From: an uncultured Clostridia bacterium
GTDB taxonomy: Bacteria > Bacillota > Clostridia > Oscillospirales > CAG-272
Length of the DNA: 64,000 bases
Direction of reading: 5' to 3'
NCBI GenBank assembly: GCA_947626065.1
Contig: CANQQT010000004.1
Location: forward strand, 22,774 to 86,773
Shown one piece after another: positions 44,952 to 55,559 of the stretch. A program made the translations under genes and the position numbers. The stretch's first letter is position 1. Each line of letters starts with the position of its first letter. The notes under the pieces are model-generated. The model saw nothing but the letters and a program-made list of their open reading frames with translations, was not told the DNA's origin and made no database searches.

Positions 44952-46481
44952 TCAGCTTGCGTTTGCCGTCGGCGCGTGCTCCTCCTCGGGATGACCGCCC
45001 GCGGTCGGCTGCTTGACGAAGGTTTTCTTTATCTGCCCGTCGGTGGCCTTTTTCAGCGTGAAGATAAATTCGCAGAATTCCCCGTAGTTGCTCTTGACCC
45101 AGATTTCCTCGTCGTGCGCGTCAATGATCGATTTGGCAATGTAGAGGCCGAGGCCAACGCCGCTCTTGTCCAGCCCACGGCTCTTGTCGCTCTTGTAGAA
45201 GCGCTCGAAGACGTGAGGCAGATCCTCCGGAGGAATGCCGATTCCCTCGTTGTAGACCGAGACGAAGACCTTCCGGTCGCGCTCGGAAATCTTTACGCGG
45301 TATTTTCCGCCGTCGCGTGAGAATTTCACGGCGTTGTCGCAGATGTTGTAGAGAATCTGATAAATCGCGTCCCGGTCGGCCCAGACGTACATATTTTCGC
45401 TGTCGTTTTCAAATTCGACCGCCAGCTGCTTTTCCTCAATCTTCTGTTCAAAGGAGATGAGAATCACCCGTGCCATTTCGCAGACGTCGAAGGCGCCCAT
45501 CGTGAATTTTCTTTCCCCCGCCTCAAGGCGCGAGACGTCGAGAAGCGCCGCGACAAGCCGGGAGAGGCGGCGAACCTCTTCCCCGATCATGCGGAGATAG
45601 TGGTCCCGTCGATCCTCGGGAATCGTCCCGTCGAGCAGGCCGTCGATGAAGCCGGAAATCGTCGTCATCGGGGTGCGCAGATCGTGGGAGACGTTGGAGA
45701 GAAAGGAGCTCCTCATGGTTTCAAGGTCGTTAAGGGAGGAGGCCATGTTGTTGAAGGCAAGGGCCAGCTCGGCGATCTCGTCGCGCCCCCGGACCGGGAC
45801 CCGCACGTCGAATTTCCCGGCGGCAAAGGATTTGGAGGCCTTGCTCATGTCCTTCAGGGGAGAGATGATACGGTCGCTGAGAAAATAAACGGCGATCAGC
45901 GCGGCGAGAAGAACCCAGAGACAGGTCATGATGATGGCCTTGACGGTGGTTCTCATCAGCACGTCGGCGCTTTGGGAGGCGGTGCAGGCGTAGACGGTTC
46001 CGAGAACTTTTCCTCCGACCGAAAGCGCCGTCCCGCAGACGTTTCTTCGGGTGGAAAGGGCGCCGCCGAGGTCGGAGCTCCCGTAAAAGGAGTCGCCTTC
46101 CTCAGCCGAAAGACTGCTTTTCGGAACGCGGTCGGACTGAAAGGCGCTGTCGGGAAGGCCGACAGAGGCCAGAATGTTCCCCTCCGCGTCGGTGACGAAG
46201 AAGGCGATTTCGTTTGTGTAGCGGGAAAAGGCCGAGAAGAAGGCCTCCACCTCCCCGGAGTGGGCGGTGACGTAGCTGTTCAGCGTGTCGGCCTCGCTGT
46301 CGGAAAGCCTTCGCTCCAGCATCGCCCGCGCCGAATCGGCGGCGTTGCGGAGCTGGTCGGCGCTGGTGTCGGTGTAATAGTTGACCATCATCGAGCTGAT
46401 GATCAGGGCGAGCATGAGAAAGCTGATGAGGATGATCAGCGTAAAGGCGGTGATGAATTTTGTGAAAATGCTTTTGAACAT
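44952..46481 (-). CDS. Sensor histidine kinase (two TM, extracytoplasmic domain, HAMP, HisKA, HATPase_c)
   Basis: H-box SFLSNVSHDLRTPMTTI, N-box ILYNICDNAVKF and G-boxes (NEGIGIPPEDLPHVFERFYK, GVGLGLYIAKSII). Confidence 0.9.
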   Translation of the reverse strand: MFKSIFTKFITAFTLIILISFLMLALIISSMMVNYYTDTSADQLRNAADSARAMLERRLSDSEADTLNSYVTAHSGEVEAFFSAFSRYTNEIAFFVTDAEGNILASVGLPDSAFQSDRVPKSSLSAEEGDSFYGSSDLGGALSTRRNVCGTALSVGGKVLGTVYACTASQSADVLMRTTVKAIIMTCLWVLLAALIAVYFLSDRIISPLKDMSKASKSFAAGKFDVRVPVRGRDEIAELALAFNNMASSLNDLETMRSSFLSNVSHDLRTPMTTISGFIDGLLDGTIPEDRRDHYLRMIGEEVRRLSRLVAALLDVSRLEAGERKFTMGAFDVCEMARVILISFEQKIEEKQLAVEFENDSENMYVWADRDAIYQILYNICDNAVKFSRDGGKYRVKISERDRKVFVSVYNEGIGIPPEDLPHVFERFYKSDKSRGLDKSGVGLGLYIAKSIIDAHDEEIWVKSNYGEFCEFIFTLKKATDGQIKKTFVKQPTAGGHPEEEHAPTANAS

Positions 46482-46607
46482 AGTCCGGTTCCTCCAAGCT
46501 TCGGAAGGGAAGACCTGAAAAAGGGCAGGGGACGCCCTTGTGCTCGGACGTCCCCTTCAGCGGGACAGAAAATAGGAAGCGGCGGGGAGCGCTTCCCACG
46601 GGGGCCG

Positions 46608-47297
46608 TCAGGGAAGAAGCTCGAATTTATAGCCGACGCCCCAGACCGTTTTCAGCACCCATTTGTCGGAAACGCCTTCCAGTTTTTCGCGGAGTCTCTT
46701 GACGTGGACGTCAACCGTCCGGGAATCCCCCAGATAGTCGAAGCCCCAGACCTTGTCGAGCAGCTGATCTCTGGTAAAGACGCGGTTGTAATTGGAGGCG
46801 AGGAAGTAGAGAAGCTCCAGCTCCTTCGGGGGAATGTCGACGGGCTTTCCCTTCAGCTTCAGCTCGTACTTCTGGCGGCTGATTTCGATGTTGTCGAACT
46901 TGATGGCCTCGTCGTCCCCTTGGCTGTTGTGCGGGGAGGAGCGGCGGAGAACCGCCTTGACTCTGGCCGAAAGCTCCTTCATGTCGAAGGGCTTGACCAC
47001 GAAGTCGTCGGCGCCGAGCTCCAGCCCGAGAACCTTGTCGAAAACGTCTCCCTTCGCGGTGATCATAATGACCGGCTTTGAGGAGATTTCGCGGATTTCG
47101 CGGCAGACCTGCCAGCCGTCCTTTTTCGGAAGCATGATGTCGAGAAGAACAAGGTCGGGCTCGTACATCTTGAAATAACTGATGCCGTCGGCCCCGTCGT
47201 TGGCGGTTTTGACCTCGTAGCCTTCCTTTTCAAAGTAGATTTTCAAAAGGTCGCAGATACCGGTTTCATCGTCTACTACAAGTATTTTGGTTCCCAT
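46608..47297 (-). CDS. OmpR-family response regulator
   Basis: Receiver domain (KILVVDDE, DLVLLDIMLP) plus a winged-helix C-terminus (VWGFDYLGDSRTVDVHVKRLREKL...TVWGVGYKF). Confidence 0.92.
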   Translation of the reverse strand: MGTKILVVDDETGICDLLKIYFEKEGYEVKTANDGADGISYFKMYEPDLVLLDIMLPKKDGWQVCREIREISSKPVIMITAKGDVFDKVLGLELGADDFVVKPFDMKELSARVKAVLRRSSPHNSQGDDEAIKFDNIEISRQKYELKLKGKPVDIPPKELELLYFLASNYNRVFTRDQLLDKVWGFDYLGDSRTVDVHVKRLREKLEGVSDKWVLKTVWGVGYKFELLP

Positions 47298-47508
47298 GGT
47301 AAGTCTTCCTTTCTTCCGGCGGGCTTTTCTTTTTTTGGCCGGGCCGGAATTGTGAACTTCGTTATTTTTTTAACCATATTCATAATACCACATTTGAGAA
47401 GAGAATGTGTGAACTTATTGTAAACTTTCGCAGAGTGCGCATTTTTGGCCTGCGAAAGCATATTGTAAGCGAATTTTAGAAAAATATTTTTTAATTTTAA
47501 AATTACAC

Positions 47509-47537
47509 TTGACAAAATCAAAAAAGAGGTGTATCAT
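47509..47537 (+). promoter_or_regulatory. Sigma-A type promoter
   Basis: TTGACA (47509-47514), 17-nt spacer, TATCAT (47532-47537). Confidence 0.55.
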
Positions 47538-47567
47538 GGTATCAGAAAGAAAAAAGGAGGCCTTGCC

Positions 47568-48173
47568 ATGAGCGCCAATCAGAAGATCGTTTCCCGCCTC
47601 AGCAAAAAAGAGGAGGGCGGAAAGAAAATGCTGACCCTGCCCTTCAAAGAGGAGCAGATAAGAAGCCTTGACAGCATCGCGAAGGCGATGACCCGGCATT
47701 CCGGGCGGACGGTTTCGCGGAATATGCTGATCGGGGACGCGGTCGACAGCTACATAGAGGAGGCGGAGGCCGTCTTCCGCGAGGAGGGCATCGCCCTCGA
47801 CCTTCCCGACCGGGAGGACTTCGACACGGTGGTTTTTCCCGCGCAGTACGGGGAGGAGTACCGGAAGGCGTTTTTCGAGGATTTGGAATGGCGGTACGTC
47901 CGGGTGGCGGCGCACCGTATCCCGAAGCTCCGCTATCTTGCCCTCTACGTGGGCGCGCCGCAGTCGGCGATTCTCCACTACGCGCCGATTGCCGAAAACG
48001 GGTTTGTTTTCGTGGAGGCGGAGAACAAGTACAAAATCCGTCTTTCGGATAATCCCATTTCCCTGCCGAATCCGATTCCGCTGGGAAGCGCCTCGCCGCA
48101 GGCCACCCGCTCCCCGAAGTATACCACCCTGCAAAAGCTCCTCTGCGCGACGGAATTCCGCGAGCTTTACTGA
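47568..48173 (+). CDS. Hypothetical protein
   Basis: ATG at 47568 follows AGGAGG. 201 aa. No family recognised. Confidence 0.6.
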   Translation: MSANQKIVSRLSKKEEGGKKMLTLPFKEEQIRSLDSIAKAMTRHSGRTVSRNMLIGDAVDSYIEEAEAVFREEGIALDLPDREDFDTVVFPAQYGEEYRKAFFEDLEWRYVRVAAHRIPKLRYLALYVGAPQSAILHYAPIAENGFVFVEAENKYKIRLSDNPISLPNPIPLGSASPQATRSPKYTTLQKLLCATEFRELY

Positions 48174-48314
48174 AAAGGCGGAAAACGCGCGTTTTTCCCC
48201 GGGGGAAGAAAGTTTTTTTCGTATTTTTTCCCCTTTTTCGCAAAAGCCTCTTGTCAAATCCCGAAAAATCCGATATAATATTGAGGAAGAAACTGCGAAA
48301 GGCATGAAATTCTC

Positions 48315-49409
48315 ATGAAGCTTGGAATCGTCGGTCTGCCCAATGTCGGCAAAAGCACTCTGTTCAACGCCATTACCAACGCCGGGGCCGAGACCGCTAA
48401 CTACCCGTTTTGTACCATCGAACCGAACGTCGGCGTCGTCGCCGTCCCTGACGCAAGGCTAGACGTCCTTGCCGAAATGTTCCACCCCGAGAAATACACG
48501 CCGGCCGTCATCGAATTCGTCGATATCGCCGGGCTGGTCAAGGGGGCTTCCCACGGGGAGGGCCTCGGGAACAAATTTCTCTCCCACATCCGGGAGGTCG
48601 ACGCGATTGTCCACGTCGTCCGTTGCTTTGAAAACAGCAACATCATCCACGTAGACGGAAACGTCGACCCGCTCCGCGACGTCGGCGTCATCAACATGGA
48701 GCTGATTCTCTCCGACCTTGAAATCCTCGACCGCCGGATCGACCGCGTGTCCAAGCTCATGAAGGGCGACCGCACCCTCGCCTCCGAGCTGGCGCTTCTC
48801 AAACGGGTGCGCGACGCGCTGGACGAAGGGCAGAGCGCCCGCGCCCTGACGCTGACGGAGGAAGAGGCGGCGCTTCTCGATCAAAGTCCTCTCCTCTCCC
48901 GCAAGCCGGTGATTTACGTTGCCAACATCGGGGAGGAGGACGTCGCGGGGGGCTATGAGGCCAACCCCGGCTATTTGGCGCTGAAGGAATACGCCGAGGC
49001 CGAGCATTCCGGGATTCTTCCGGTCTGCGCGGGAATCGAGGCGGAAATCGCCGAGCTGGAAGGGGAGGATAAGGCGCTCTTTCTTGAGGAAATGGGCCTG
49101 AGTGAAAGCGGCCTCGACCGTCTGATCAAGGCGGGGTATTCGCTTCTCGGGCTGATCAGCTTTCTCACCGCCGGGCCGCAGGAGGTGCGGGCGTGGACGA
49201 TCCAAAAGGGAACCCGTGCGCCGCAGGCCGCCGGGAAGATTCACTCCGATTTTGAGAGAGGATTTATCCGGGCGGAGGTCGTCGCCTACGAAGACCTGAT
49301 CGCAAGCGGGTCGATGACGGCGGCAAAGGAGAAGGGCCTTGTCAGGAGCGAGGGCAAGGATTACGTGATGAAGGACGGCGACGTCGTCCTGTTCCGCTTC
49401 AACGTCTGA
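48315..49409 (+). CDS. ychF: Redox-regulated ATPase YchF (Obg-like GTPase family)
   Basis: [16 protein letters not shown], a TGS-like C-terminus ([12 protein letters not shown]...[18 protein letters not shown]). Confidence 0.95.
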   Translation: MKLGIVGLPNVGKSTLFNAITNAGAETANYPFCTIEPNVGVVAVPDARLDVLAEMFHPEKYTPAVIEFVDIAGLVKGASHGEGLGNKFLSHIREVDAIVHVVRCFENSNIIHVDGNVDPLRDVGVINMELILSDLEILDRRIDRVSKLMKGDRTLASELALLKRVRDALDEGQSARALTLTEEEAALLDQSPLLSRKPVIYVANIGEEDVAGGYEANPGYLALKEYAEAEHSGILPVCAGIEAEIAELEGEDKALFLEEMGLSESGLDRLIKAGYSLLGLISFLTAGPQEVRAWTIQKGTRAPQAAGKIHSDFERGFIRAEVVAYEDLIASGSMTAAKEKGLVRSEGKDYVMKDGDVVLFRFNV

Positions 49410-49617
49410 CGGAGACGGCTCCCCGGCGCTGTTTTCGGAAACGGCGTCCGGTTGCCGCGCCGCTCTTCTTTGTCCAAAGAAGCAAGGCTTTCGCTTACTT
49501 TCAATTTTATACAGAGGGTTTAAAGGGCCATGATAAATCTCTTTCCGCTTTCCACCGCGAAAGGAGTTTATCTCATGCGCCTATGTCACTATTATTTTTT
49601 GGAAAGGAACCGACATC

Positions 49618-50136
49618 ATGAATAACGGCTACGATTCTCAGAACGAAAACAACTCCTCCACGCAGAATCAAAACGGCGAGTGGAGAGGCGACGCTTCTTC
49701 TTCAGGGGAGTATTCCCCGGATTATTCCCCCTACGGGAGCACGGGCGGCGGCCCTTACGGCCCCAACGGGCAGGGATCCTATACAGGGGGCCCGTATAAC
49801 TACAACGGCGCGCCGGTCTACACAGATGAAAGCGGACTTTTCAACGAGAACCGCATGGCGAGAAAGAACGGAACCTCGGCGACGATCCGTCTGTCCGACT
49901 GGATGAAGGCCGACTGCCTGATGTTTTTGAACCTGATTCCCTGCATAGGCTCCGCCACCGCCATCATTCTCTACTGTGTGCTGGCCTTCAGCTCCAAAAC
50001 GGCGGTTTCTCTGAAAACCCGGTATCAGGCCAATCTCATCTGGAGTGCAATCGTCCTTGTTTTGTATTTTGTGATCATTATTATGGCGGTGGTTCTCGGT
50101 GTGACGTTGGGAGGTCTTCTGGACTCTCAGACTTGA
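49618..50136 (+). CDS. Membrane protein with N-terminal G/Y/P/N-rich low-complexity region, function unknown
   Basis: About 95 aa of disordered N/G/Y/P-rich sequence, then two or three TM helices. Confidence 0.6.
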   Translation: MNNGYDSQNENNSSTQNQNGEWRGDASSSGEYSPDYSPYGSTGGGPYGPNGQGSYTGGPYNYNGAPVYTDESGLFNENRMARKNGTSATIRLSDWMKADCLMFLNLIPCIGSATAIILYCVLAFSSKTAVSLKTRYQANLIWSAIVLVLYFVIIIMAVVLGVTLGGLLDSQT

Positions 50137-50280
50137 CCCATGCTCGATAGAAAGGGCGGCGGATCTTCTCGGCGGCATTCGGAGTACGGACTTGGTGAAA
50201 ACCGCCGGCGGCAGAGCAACCGGGCACGGCCTTGCCTTTTAAAAACGCAAAAAATCGGCGGCAGAGCTTGTGTCTGTCGC

Positions 50281-50388
50281 CGATTTTGTTCGATTTTCGA
50301 GTTTGCCGGGCAAGTGTACGGAGTTCGGGCCGGTGTACGGGGGTTTTTCGGGAGTCGCCTTGCTTCACGGTCGATTTTGTTCGATTTT
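50281..50388. repeat. Exact 17-nt repeat CGATTTTGTTCGATTTT, two copies 91 nt apart, in a T/G-rich spacer
   Basis: Copies at 50281-50297 and 50372-50388. CGGCGGCAGAGC is also duplicated at about 50205 and 50256. Confidence 0.8.
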
Positions 50389-50506
50389 TTGAATTTTACG
50401 TGCCGGTGCATGGCATTTTCCGGGGAATCGCCCGCACTCAGCCGCTCTTTTGGCTTGCTTTTCGGATTTGCCGGGCGATTTCTCAGAATTTCCGGGCCAG
50501 CGTCGG

Positions 50507-51802
50507 TTACAGGTCGTTCCGCGTCAGGTCGGCAAAGGATTCGCGGCGAATGACCGGGAAGGCCTCTCCGTTGCGAAGGGCGATGACCGCCGGGCGGGGA
50601 ATCCGGTTGTAGTTGCTCGCCATCGAATAGTTGTAGGCCCCGGTCACAAGAACCGCCAGAATATCCCCCCGGTTCGGCCTCGGCAGCGGCACGTTCTCCT
50701 GAATCAGGTCGCCGCTTTCACAGCAGCGCCCCGCGACGGTGCAGAGGAAGTCGGGCTTGTCCGCCATGCGGGAGGCGAGGCAGACGGTGTAGTCGGACTG
50801 ATAGAGGGCATAGCGGGGATTGTCGGGCATTCCCCCGTCGATGGAAACGTAATTTTTGAATCCGGGAATTTCCTTGACGCCGCCGACGGTGTAGAGGGTC
50901 AGGCAGGAATCGGCCACGATGCTGCGGCCCGGCTCCATCAGAATTTCCGGCTTTTTGAGATTGTAACGGGCCGTTTCCCGGTCGATGAAGGAAGCGATTT
51001 TCTCGATGAAGGCCGCGTAGTCAAGCTCCGGCTGGCTCTCGATGTAGCGCACGCCGGGGCCTCCGCCGAGGTTGAGGATTTTCGCCTCATAGCCGAAGGC
51101 CTTCTTTACCGAGGCGATATAGGAAATCATGAGCGCCGCGGCGTCGCAGAAGGGCTTGACGTCGAAAATTTGCGAGCCGATGTGGCAGTGAAATCCGTCC
51201 AAACGGACGTTTCTCTTTTTCAGCGTGTAGGCCACCGCCGCGTCGGCCTGTCCCGTTTCAATCGCAATGCCAAATTTGCTGTCGACCTTTCCCGTCGTGA
51301 TGGCGGCGTGGGTGTGGGGATCGATGCCGGGGGTCAGGCGGAGCAGAATCGGCTGAACAAGCCCGCGCGCGGCGGCGATTTCGTCGATGCGGTCGAGCTC
51401 GGTCAGGTTGTCGACCACGAAATGACCGACACCGCATTCGATGGCGTAACGGATGTCGTCATCGGTTTTGTTGTTCCCGTGGAGGAAGGCGTTTTTCACG
51501 TCGAAGCCGGCCTCGACGGCGGTGTAAAGCTCCCCGGAGGAGACGAGGTCGATGCCGACTCCCTCCTCCCGCACAACGCGGTAGATGTATTTGCAGGAAA
51601 AGGCCTTGCTGGCGAAGAGCGGGCGGGAGCCCTCCCCGAAGAAACGCCGCATGGCGTCCTTGTAGAGGCGCAGGTTGCGCCGGATGCGCTCCTCGTCCAT
51701 CACCATGAGCGGGGTGCCGTAGGTCTCGGCGAGCGATACGGTGTCGACACCCGCGAGGGTGAGATGATTTTTTTCGTTGATGCCTAAATTGGTATGAAGC
51801 AT
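50507..51802 (-). CDS. lysA: Diaminopimelate decarboxylase
   Basis: Orn/DAP/Arg decarboxylase fold-III pattern (FASKAFSCKYI, HCHIGSQI, LNLGGGPGV, CESGD). Confidence 0.92.
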   Translation of the reverse strand: MLHTNLGINEKNHLTLAGVDTVSLAETYGTPLMVMDEERIRRNLRLYKDAMRRFFGEGSRPLFASKAFSCKYIYRVVREEGVGIDLVSSGELYTAVEAGFDVKNAFLHGNNKTDDDIRYAIECGVGHFVVDNLTELDRIDEIAAARGLVQPILLRLTPGIDPHTHAAITTGKVDSKFGIAIETGQADAAVAYTLKKRNVRLDGFHCHIGSQIFDVKPFCDAAALMISYIASVKKAFGYEAKILNLGGGPGVRYIESQPELDYAAFIEKIASFIDRETARYNLKKPEILMEPGRSIVADSCLTLYTVGGVKEIPGFKNYVSIDGGMPDNPRYALYQSDYTVCLASRMADKPDFLCTVAGRCCESGDLIQENVPLPRPNRGDILAVLVTGAYNYSMASNYNRIPRPAVIALRNGEAFPVIRRESFADLTRNDL

Positions 51803-51820
51803 GGGAAAATTTCCTTTCAG

Positions 51821-52999
51821 TCAGAGCAGGGAGGAAATGCGGGCCGCCGCTTCGACGGTCTTGTCGCGGTCGCCGAAGGCGGTGAGACGGAAGAAGCCTT
51901 CTCCGGCTTTGCCGAAGCCCTCGCCGGGCGTGCCGACCACCTGAACGCGGTCGAGAAGAAGGTCGAAAAATTCCCACGAGCCCATGCCGTTCGGGCATTT
52001 CATCCAGATATAGGGGGAATTTTTCCCTCCGGTGAACCAGACGCCCTTTTTCTCAAGCGCGGAGGCGATGATCGCGGCGTTTTCGCGGTAATAATCGATC
52101 AGGACGCGGCATTCTTCCTCCCCGACGGGGCTGAGAGAGGCCTCGGCGCCACGCTGAACGACGTAGGGAATGCCGTTGAATTTGGTGGCCTGTCGGCGCT
52201 CCCACAGCTTGCCGAGTTTTACGCCCTCGACCTCCAGCTCCTTCGGGATAATCGTCCAGCCGCACCGGGTTCCGGTAAAGCCCGCCCGCTTGGAGAGGGA
52301 GTTGATTTCGATGGCGCAGCCCCGTGCGCCGGGGATTTCGTATATCGAGCGGGGGCTACCGTCGCTTATATAGCTTTCATAGGCCGAGTCGAAGAGAATG
52401 ACCGAGCCGGTTTTCAGCGCGTAATCGACCCAGCGGGCAAGGCCCTCCCGGGAATAGACGGCGCCGGTCGGATTGTTGGGGGAGCAGAGGTAGATGACAA
52501 GCGGCTCCTCCTTTTCGGGCGGGGTCGGCAGGAAGCCGTTTTTCTCGTTCGCCTCGATCAGAACGACCCCCCGGCCGCACATCAGATTGCTGTCGACGTA
52601 GACGGGATAGACGGGGGAGGGAACCAGCACTCGGTTGGCGCCGAAAATATCGGTGAGGTTGCCGAGGTCGCTCTTCGCGCCGTCCCCGGCGTAAATTTCA
52701 TCGGCGGGGACAGAGACGCCGTGGCGGGCGTAGTAGGAAGAGATGGCCTCCCGCAGGAAATCGTAGCCGTACTCCGGCGCGTAGCCCCGGAAGGTGGCCT
52801 TGTTCGCCTGCTCGTCAACGGCCTTGTGCATGGCCTCGGTGACGCATCTTGTGAGCGGAAGGGTGACGTCCCCGATGCCGAGGCGGATGATTTCCCGGTC
52901 GGGATGGGCCTCGCGGTAGGCGTTTACCCGTTTCGCAATATCGCTGAAAAGATAGCTTTCCTTCATTTTGGAAAAGTTTTCGTTGATCTTAATCTTCAT
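51821..52999 (-). CDS. dapL: LL-diaminopimelate aminotransferase
   Basis: MKIKINENFSKMKESYLFSDIAKRV...IRLGIGDVTLPL is the DapL signature N-terminus. The start is at ATG 52999, or at 53005. Confidence 0.88.
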   Translation of the reverse strand: MKIKINENFSKMKESYLFSDIAKRVNAYREAHPDREIIRLGIGDVTLPLTRCVTEAMHKAVDEQANKATFRGYAPEYGYDFLREAISSYYARHGVSVPADEIYAGDGAKSDLGNLTDIFGANRVLVPSPVYPVYVDSNLMCGRGVVLIEANEKNGFLPTPPEKEEPLVIYLCSPNNPTGAVYSREGLARWVDYALKTGSVILFDSAYESYISDGSPRSIYEIPGARGCAIEINSLSKRAGFTGTRCGWTIIPKELEVEGVKLGKLWERRQATKFNGIPYVVQRGAEASLSPVGEEECRVLIDYYRENAAIIASALEKKGVWFTGGKNSPYIWMKCPNGMGSWEFFDLLLDRVQVVGTPGEGFGKAGEGFFRLTAFGDRDKTVEAAARISSLL

Positions 53000-53834
53000 C
53001 GTCATAAACTCCTTCGTAAACTTTGACGGCCGGGCCGGTCATAAAGACCTGTCCCTCCTCCGTCACGGTGATGCTCAGCTCTCCGCCGGTCAGACAGACG
53101 GAAATCGGGGTGTCGCGGTCGCAGAAGCCGTTCAAAACCGCGGCGACCGCCGAGGCGCAGGCGCCGGTGCCGCAGGCGAAGGTTTCTCCGCTCCCACGCT
53201 CCCAGACGCGCATATAAAGGCGGTTTCTCCCCTCCACGCGGACAAATTCGGTATTGACCCGGTCGGGGAACAGCTCGAAATTCTCAAAGGTCGGCCCGAT
53301 TTTCTCAAGAGGAAGCTCCTCCGGCTTATCGCAGAAAATCACCTGATGCGGGTTTCCCATCGAAACCGCCGTAATGCGGTATTCCTTCCCTCCGATGACG
53401 ACGGGGGCGTCGATTTTCGGGGTATCGGCCTTCATGGGAAGCGCCGCCGGGTTGGTGGAGGCCTTTCCCATATCGACGGTGACGGCTCTTACCTTTCCCT
53501 TTTCTACCGCGAGGCGCAGGGTCTTGACGCCGCTTTTCGTTTCGACGGTGAGGAGCTTTTTGTCGGTAAGCCCCTTGTCGTAGACGTATTTCCCGATACA
53601 GCGGATGGCGTTTCCGCACATATTTCCCTCCGAGCCGTCGAGATTGAACATCCGCATCCGGAAATCGCAGGTTTCAGAGGGGCAAATCAGCACCAGCCCG
53701 TCGCTTCCCACCGCGAAATGGCGGGGAGACATTTTCTCGGCAAGCGCCCCCGGGTCGGGAAGCGTCTTCGTCAGGCAGTTTACGTAAATGTAATCGTTGC
53801 CGCAGCCGTGCATTTTGGTAAATTCGATTTTCAT
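52989..53834 (-). CDS. dapF: Diaminopimelate epimerase
   Basis: FTKMHGCGNDYIYV and both catalytic Cys contexts (GNMCGNAIRC, ETFACGTGACA). Confidence 0.93.
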   Translation of the reverse strand: MKIEFTKMHGCGNDYIYVNCLTKTLPDPGALAEKMSPRHFAVGSDGLVLICPSETCDFRMRMFNLDGSEGNMCGNAIRCIGKYVYDKGLTDKKLLTVETKSGVKTLRLAVEKGKVRAVTVDMGKASTNPAALPMKADTPKIDAPVVIGGKEYRITAVSMGNPHQVIFCDKPEELPLEKIGPTFENFELFPDRVNTEFVRVEGRNRLYMRVWERGSGETFACGTGACASAVAAVLNGFCDRDTPISVCLTGGELSITVTEEGQVFMTGPAVKVYEGVYDDED

Positions 53835-53884
53835 GGGGTTCCTTTCTTGCTGTCCGGCTGCCGCACGTTGGGCGCCGGGAGACG

Positions 53885-54625
53885 TTATCCTTTTAGAAGC
53901 TCCTTCATCGTGTAGAGCCCGGCGGGCTTTCCGAGAAGGAATTTTGCCGCGCGGAGGGCGCCGTCGGCAAAGAGGGCGCGGTCGAAGGCCTCGTGCTTCA
54001 GGGTGATCTGTTCGTTGTCGGTTCCGATGATGACCTCGTGAATCCCGACGATGTTCCCGGAGCGGATGGAGGCGATGCCGACCTCGTTTTTGTCCCGCTT
54101 CCCGAGTCCGCTTCGGCCGGGGTGCGCCACAGCCTCGGGGCGGAGCTCCTTCACCGTGTCAAAAAGCATGAGCGCCGTTCCGCTCGGGGCGTCGAGCTTG
54201 CGGTTGTGGTGGGATTCGACGATTTCGACGTCGGCGTCGGGGAAGAGGGTAAGCACCTTTTTCACCGCCTCGGAAAGCGCCGCGATGCCGAGGGACATAT
54301 TGCCCGAGAAGAAAATCGGGGTTCTTTCGGCGGCCTTTAAAATCGCTTCCCGCTCCTCCTCGGTGTGGCCCGTCGTGGCGATGACGGTGGGGATTCCCTT
54401 TTCCGCCGCGTAGGAAACGACCTCCGGCGTTCCGCCGTGAAAGGAGAAATCGATCAGTACGTCGACAGACTCCGTCACCTCCGGAAGGGTACGGTATTCA
54501 CCGGAGGCGCTCCCCTCCGGAAAGCCGATATCGACAAGGGCGGGGCAGGTATCTCCGAGTCTTTCGGCGGCGGCCCGGACGTTTTTCCCCATCCGTCCGA
54601 GGGCCCCGATAAGAAGCAGCTTCAT
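53885..54625 (-). CDS. dapB: 4-hydroxy-tetrahydrodipicolinate reductase
   Basis: N-terminal Rossmann motif (GALGRMG), ESHHNRKLDAPSGTA motif. Confidence 0.92.
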   Translation of the reverse strand: MKLLLIGALGRMGKNVRAAAERLGDTCPALVDIGFPEGSASGEYRTLPEVTESVDVLIDFSFHGGTPEVVSYAAEKGIPTVIATTGHTEEEREAILKAAERTPIFFSGNMSLGIAALSEAVKKVLTLFPDADVEIVESHHNRKLDAPSGTALMLFDTVKELRPEAVAHPGRSGLGKRDKNEVGIASIRSGNIVGIHEVIIGTDNEQITLKHEAFDRALFADGALRAAKFLLGKPAGLYTMKELLKG

Positions 54626-55512
54626 ACCGGCAGACCGCAGTCTCTCATTCTGCGGACGAGGATCTCCTCGTGCTCCTTTTCCATCGGATAAAGAGGAGAG
54701 CGGAGGACGTTTTCCGTATAGCCGAGCCGTGCCATCGCGGCCTTGGCGGGAATGGGGTTGACCTCGCTGAAGAGGGCGTGAATCAGGGGCAGAAGCTCAA
54801 GCTGGAGCTTCCGGCTTCCCTCGATATCCCCACGGAAGAAGCGGTGGCAGATTTCCGAGGTCTGGCCGGGGAGAAGGTTGGAAAGAACCGAAATGACGCC
54901 CTTTCCGCCGAGGGAGAGAATCGGGACGATCTGGTCGTCGTTGCCGCTGTAAAGGGTCAGCTTATCGCCGACAAGGGCGCAGGTGTCGACAATCTTTCCG
55001 ATGTTCCCGTTGGCCTCCTTGATTCCGACGATGTTGGGATGATCGGCGAGGGCAAGGTAGGTTTCCGGCTCAATGTTGACGCCGGTGCGGGAGGGGACGT
55101 TGTAGAGGATGACCGGCTTTTCGGAGACGTTGGCGATCTCGGTGTACATACGGACAAGGCCCTTCTGAGTCGCCTTGTTGTAGTAGGGAGTGACGAGCAG
55201 AACGGCGTCGGCACCCGCTGCGCAGGCGTGCTCGACAAGGCCGATGGCATAGCTGGTATCGTTGCTTCCGGCGCCCGCGATGACGGGAACCCGTCCGTTT
55301 GTCTGCTTGACGGCGAAGGAGATGATTTCCCGATGCTCGTCGTCGGTGAAGGTGGAGGCCTCGCCGGTGGTTCCGGCGACGACAAGGGCGTCAATGCCTC
55401 CCCGGATCTGGAATTCAATCAGCGCGGCAAATTTTCCGTAATCGATTTTGCCGTTTTTGTCGAAGGGGGTAATCAGCGCCGTGGCCGCTCCCTGAAATAC
55501 GGTTTTTTTCAT
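54622..55512 (-). CDS. dapA: 4-hydroxy-tetrahydrodipicolinate synthase
   Basis: ALITPF, GTTGE, YNVPSRTG and the catalytic-Lys context (IVGIKEANG). Confidence 0.93.
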   Translation of the reverse strand: MKKTVFQGAATALITPFDKNGKIDYGKFAALIEFQIRGGIDALVVAGTTGEASTFTDDEHREIISFAVKQTNGRVPVIAGAGSNDTSYAIGLVEHACAAGADAVLLVTPYYNKATQKGLVRMYTEIANVSEKPVILYNVPSRTGVNIEPETYLALADHPNIVGIKEANGNIGKIVDTCALVGDKLTLYSGNDDQIVPILSLGGKGVISVLSNLLPGQTSEICHRFFRGDIEGSRKLQLELLPLIHALFSEVNPIPAKAAMARLGYTENVLRSPLYPMEKEHEEILVRRMRDCGLPV

Positions 55513-55559
55513 ATGACCGTCTCCTTTATTTTAAAAATTCCTGCCTTTAAATAAAACAC

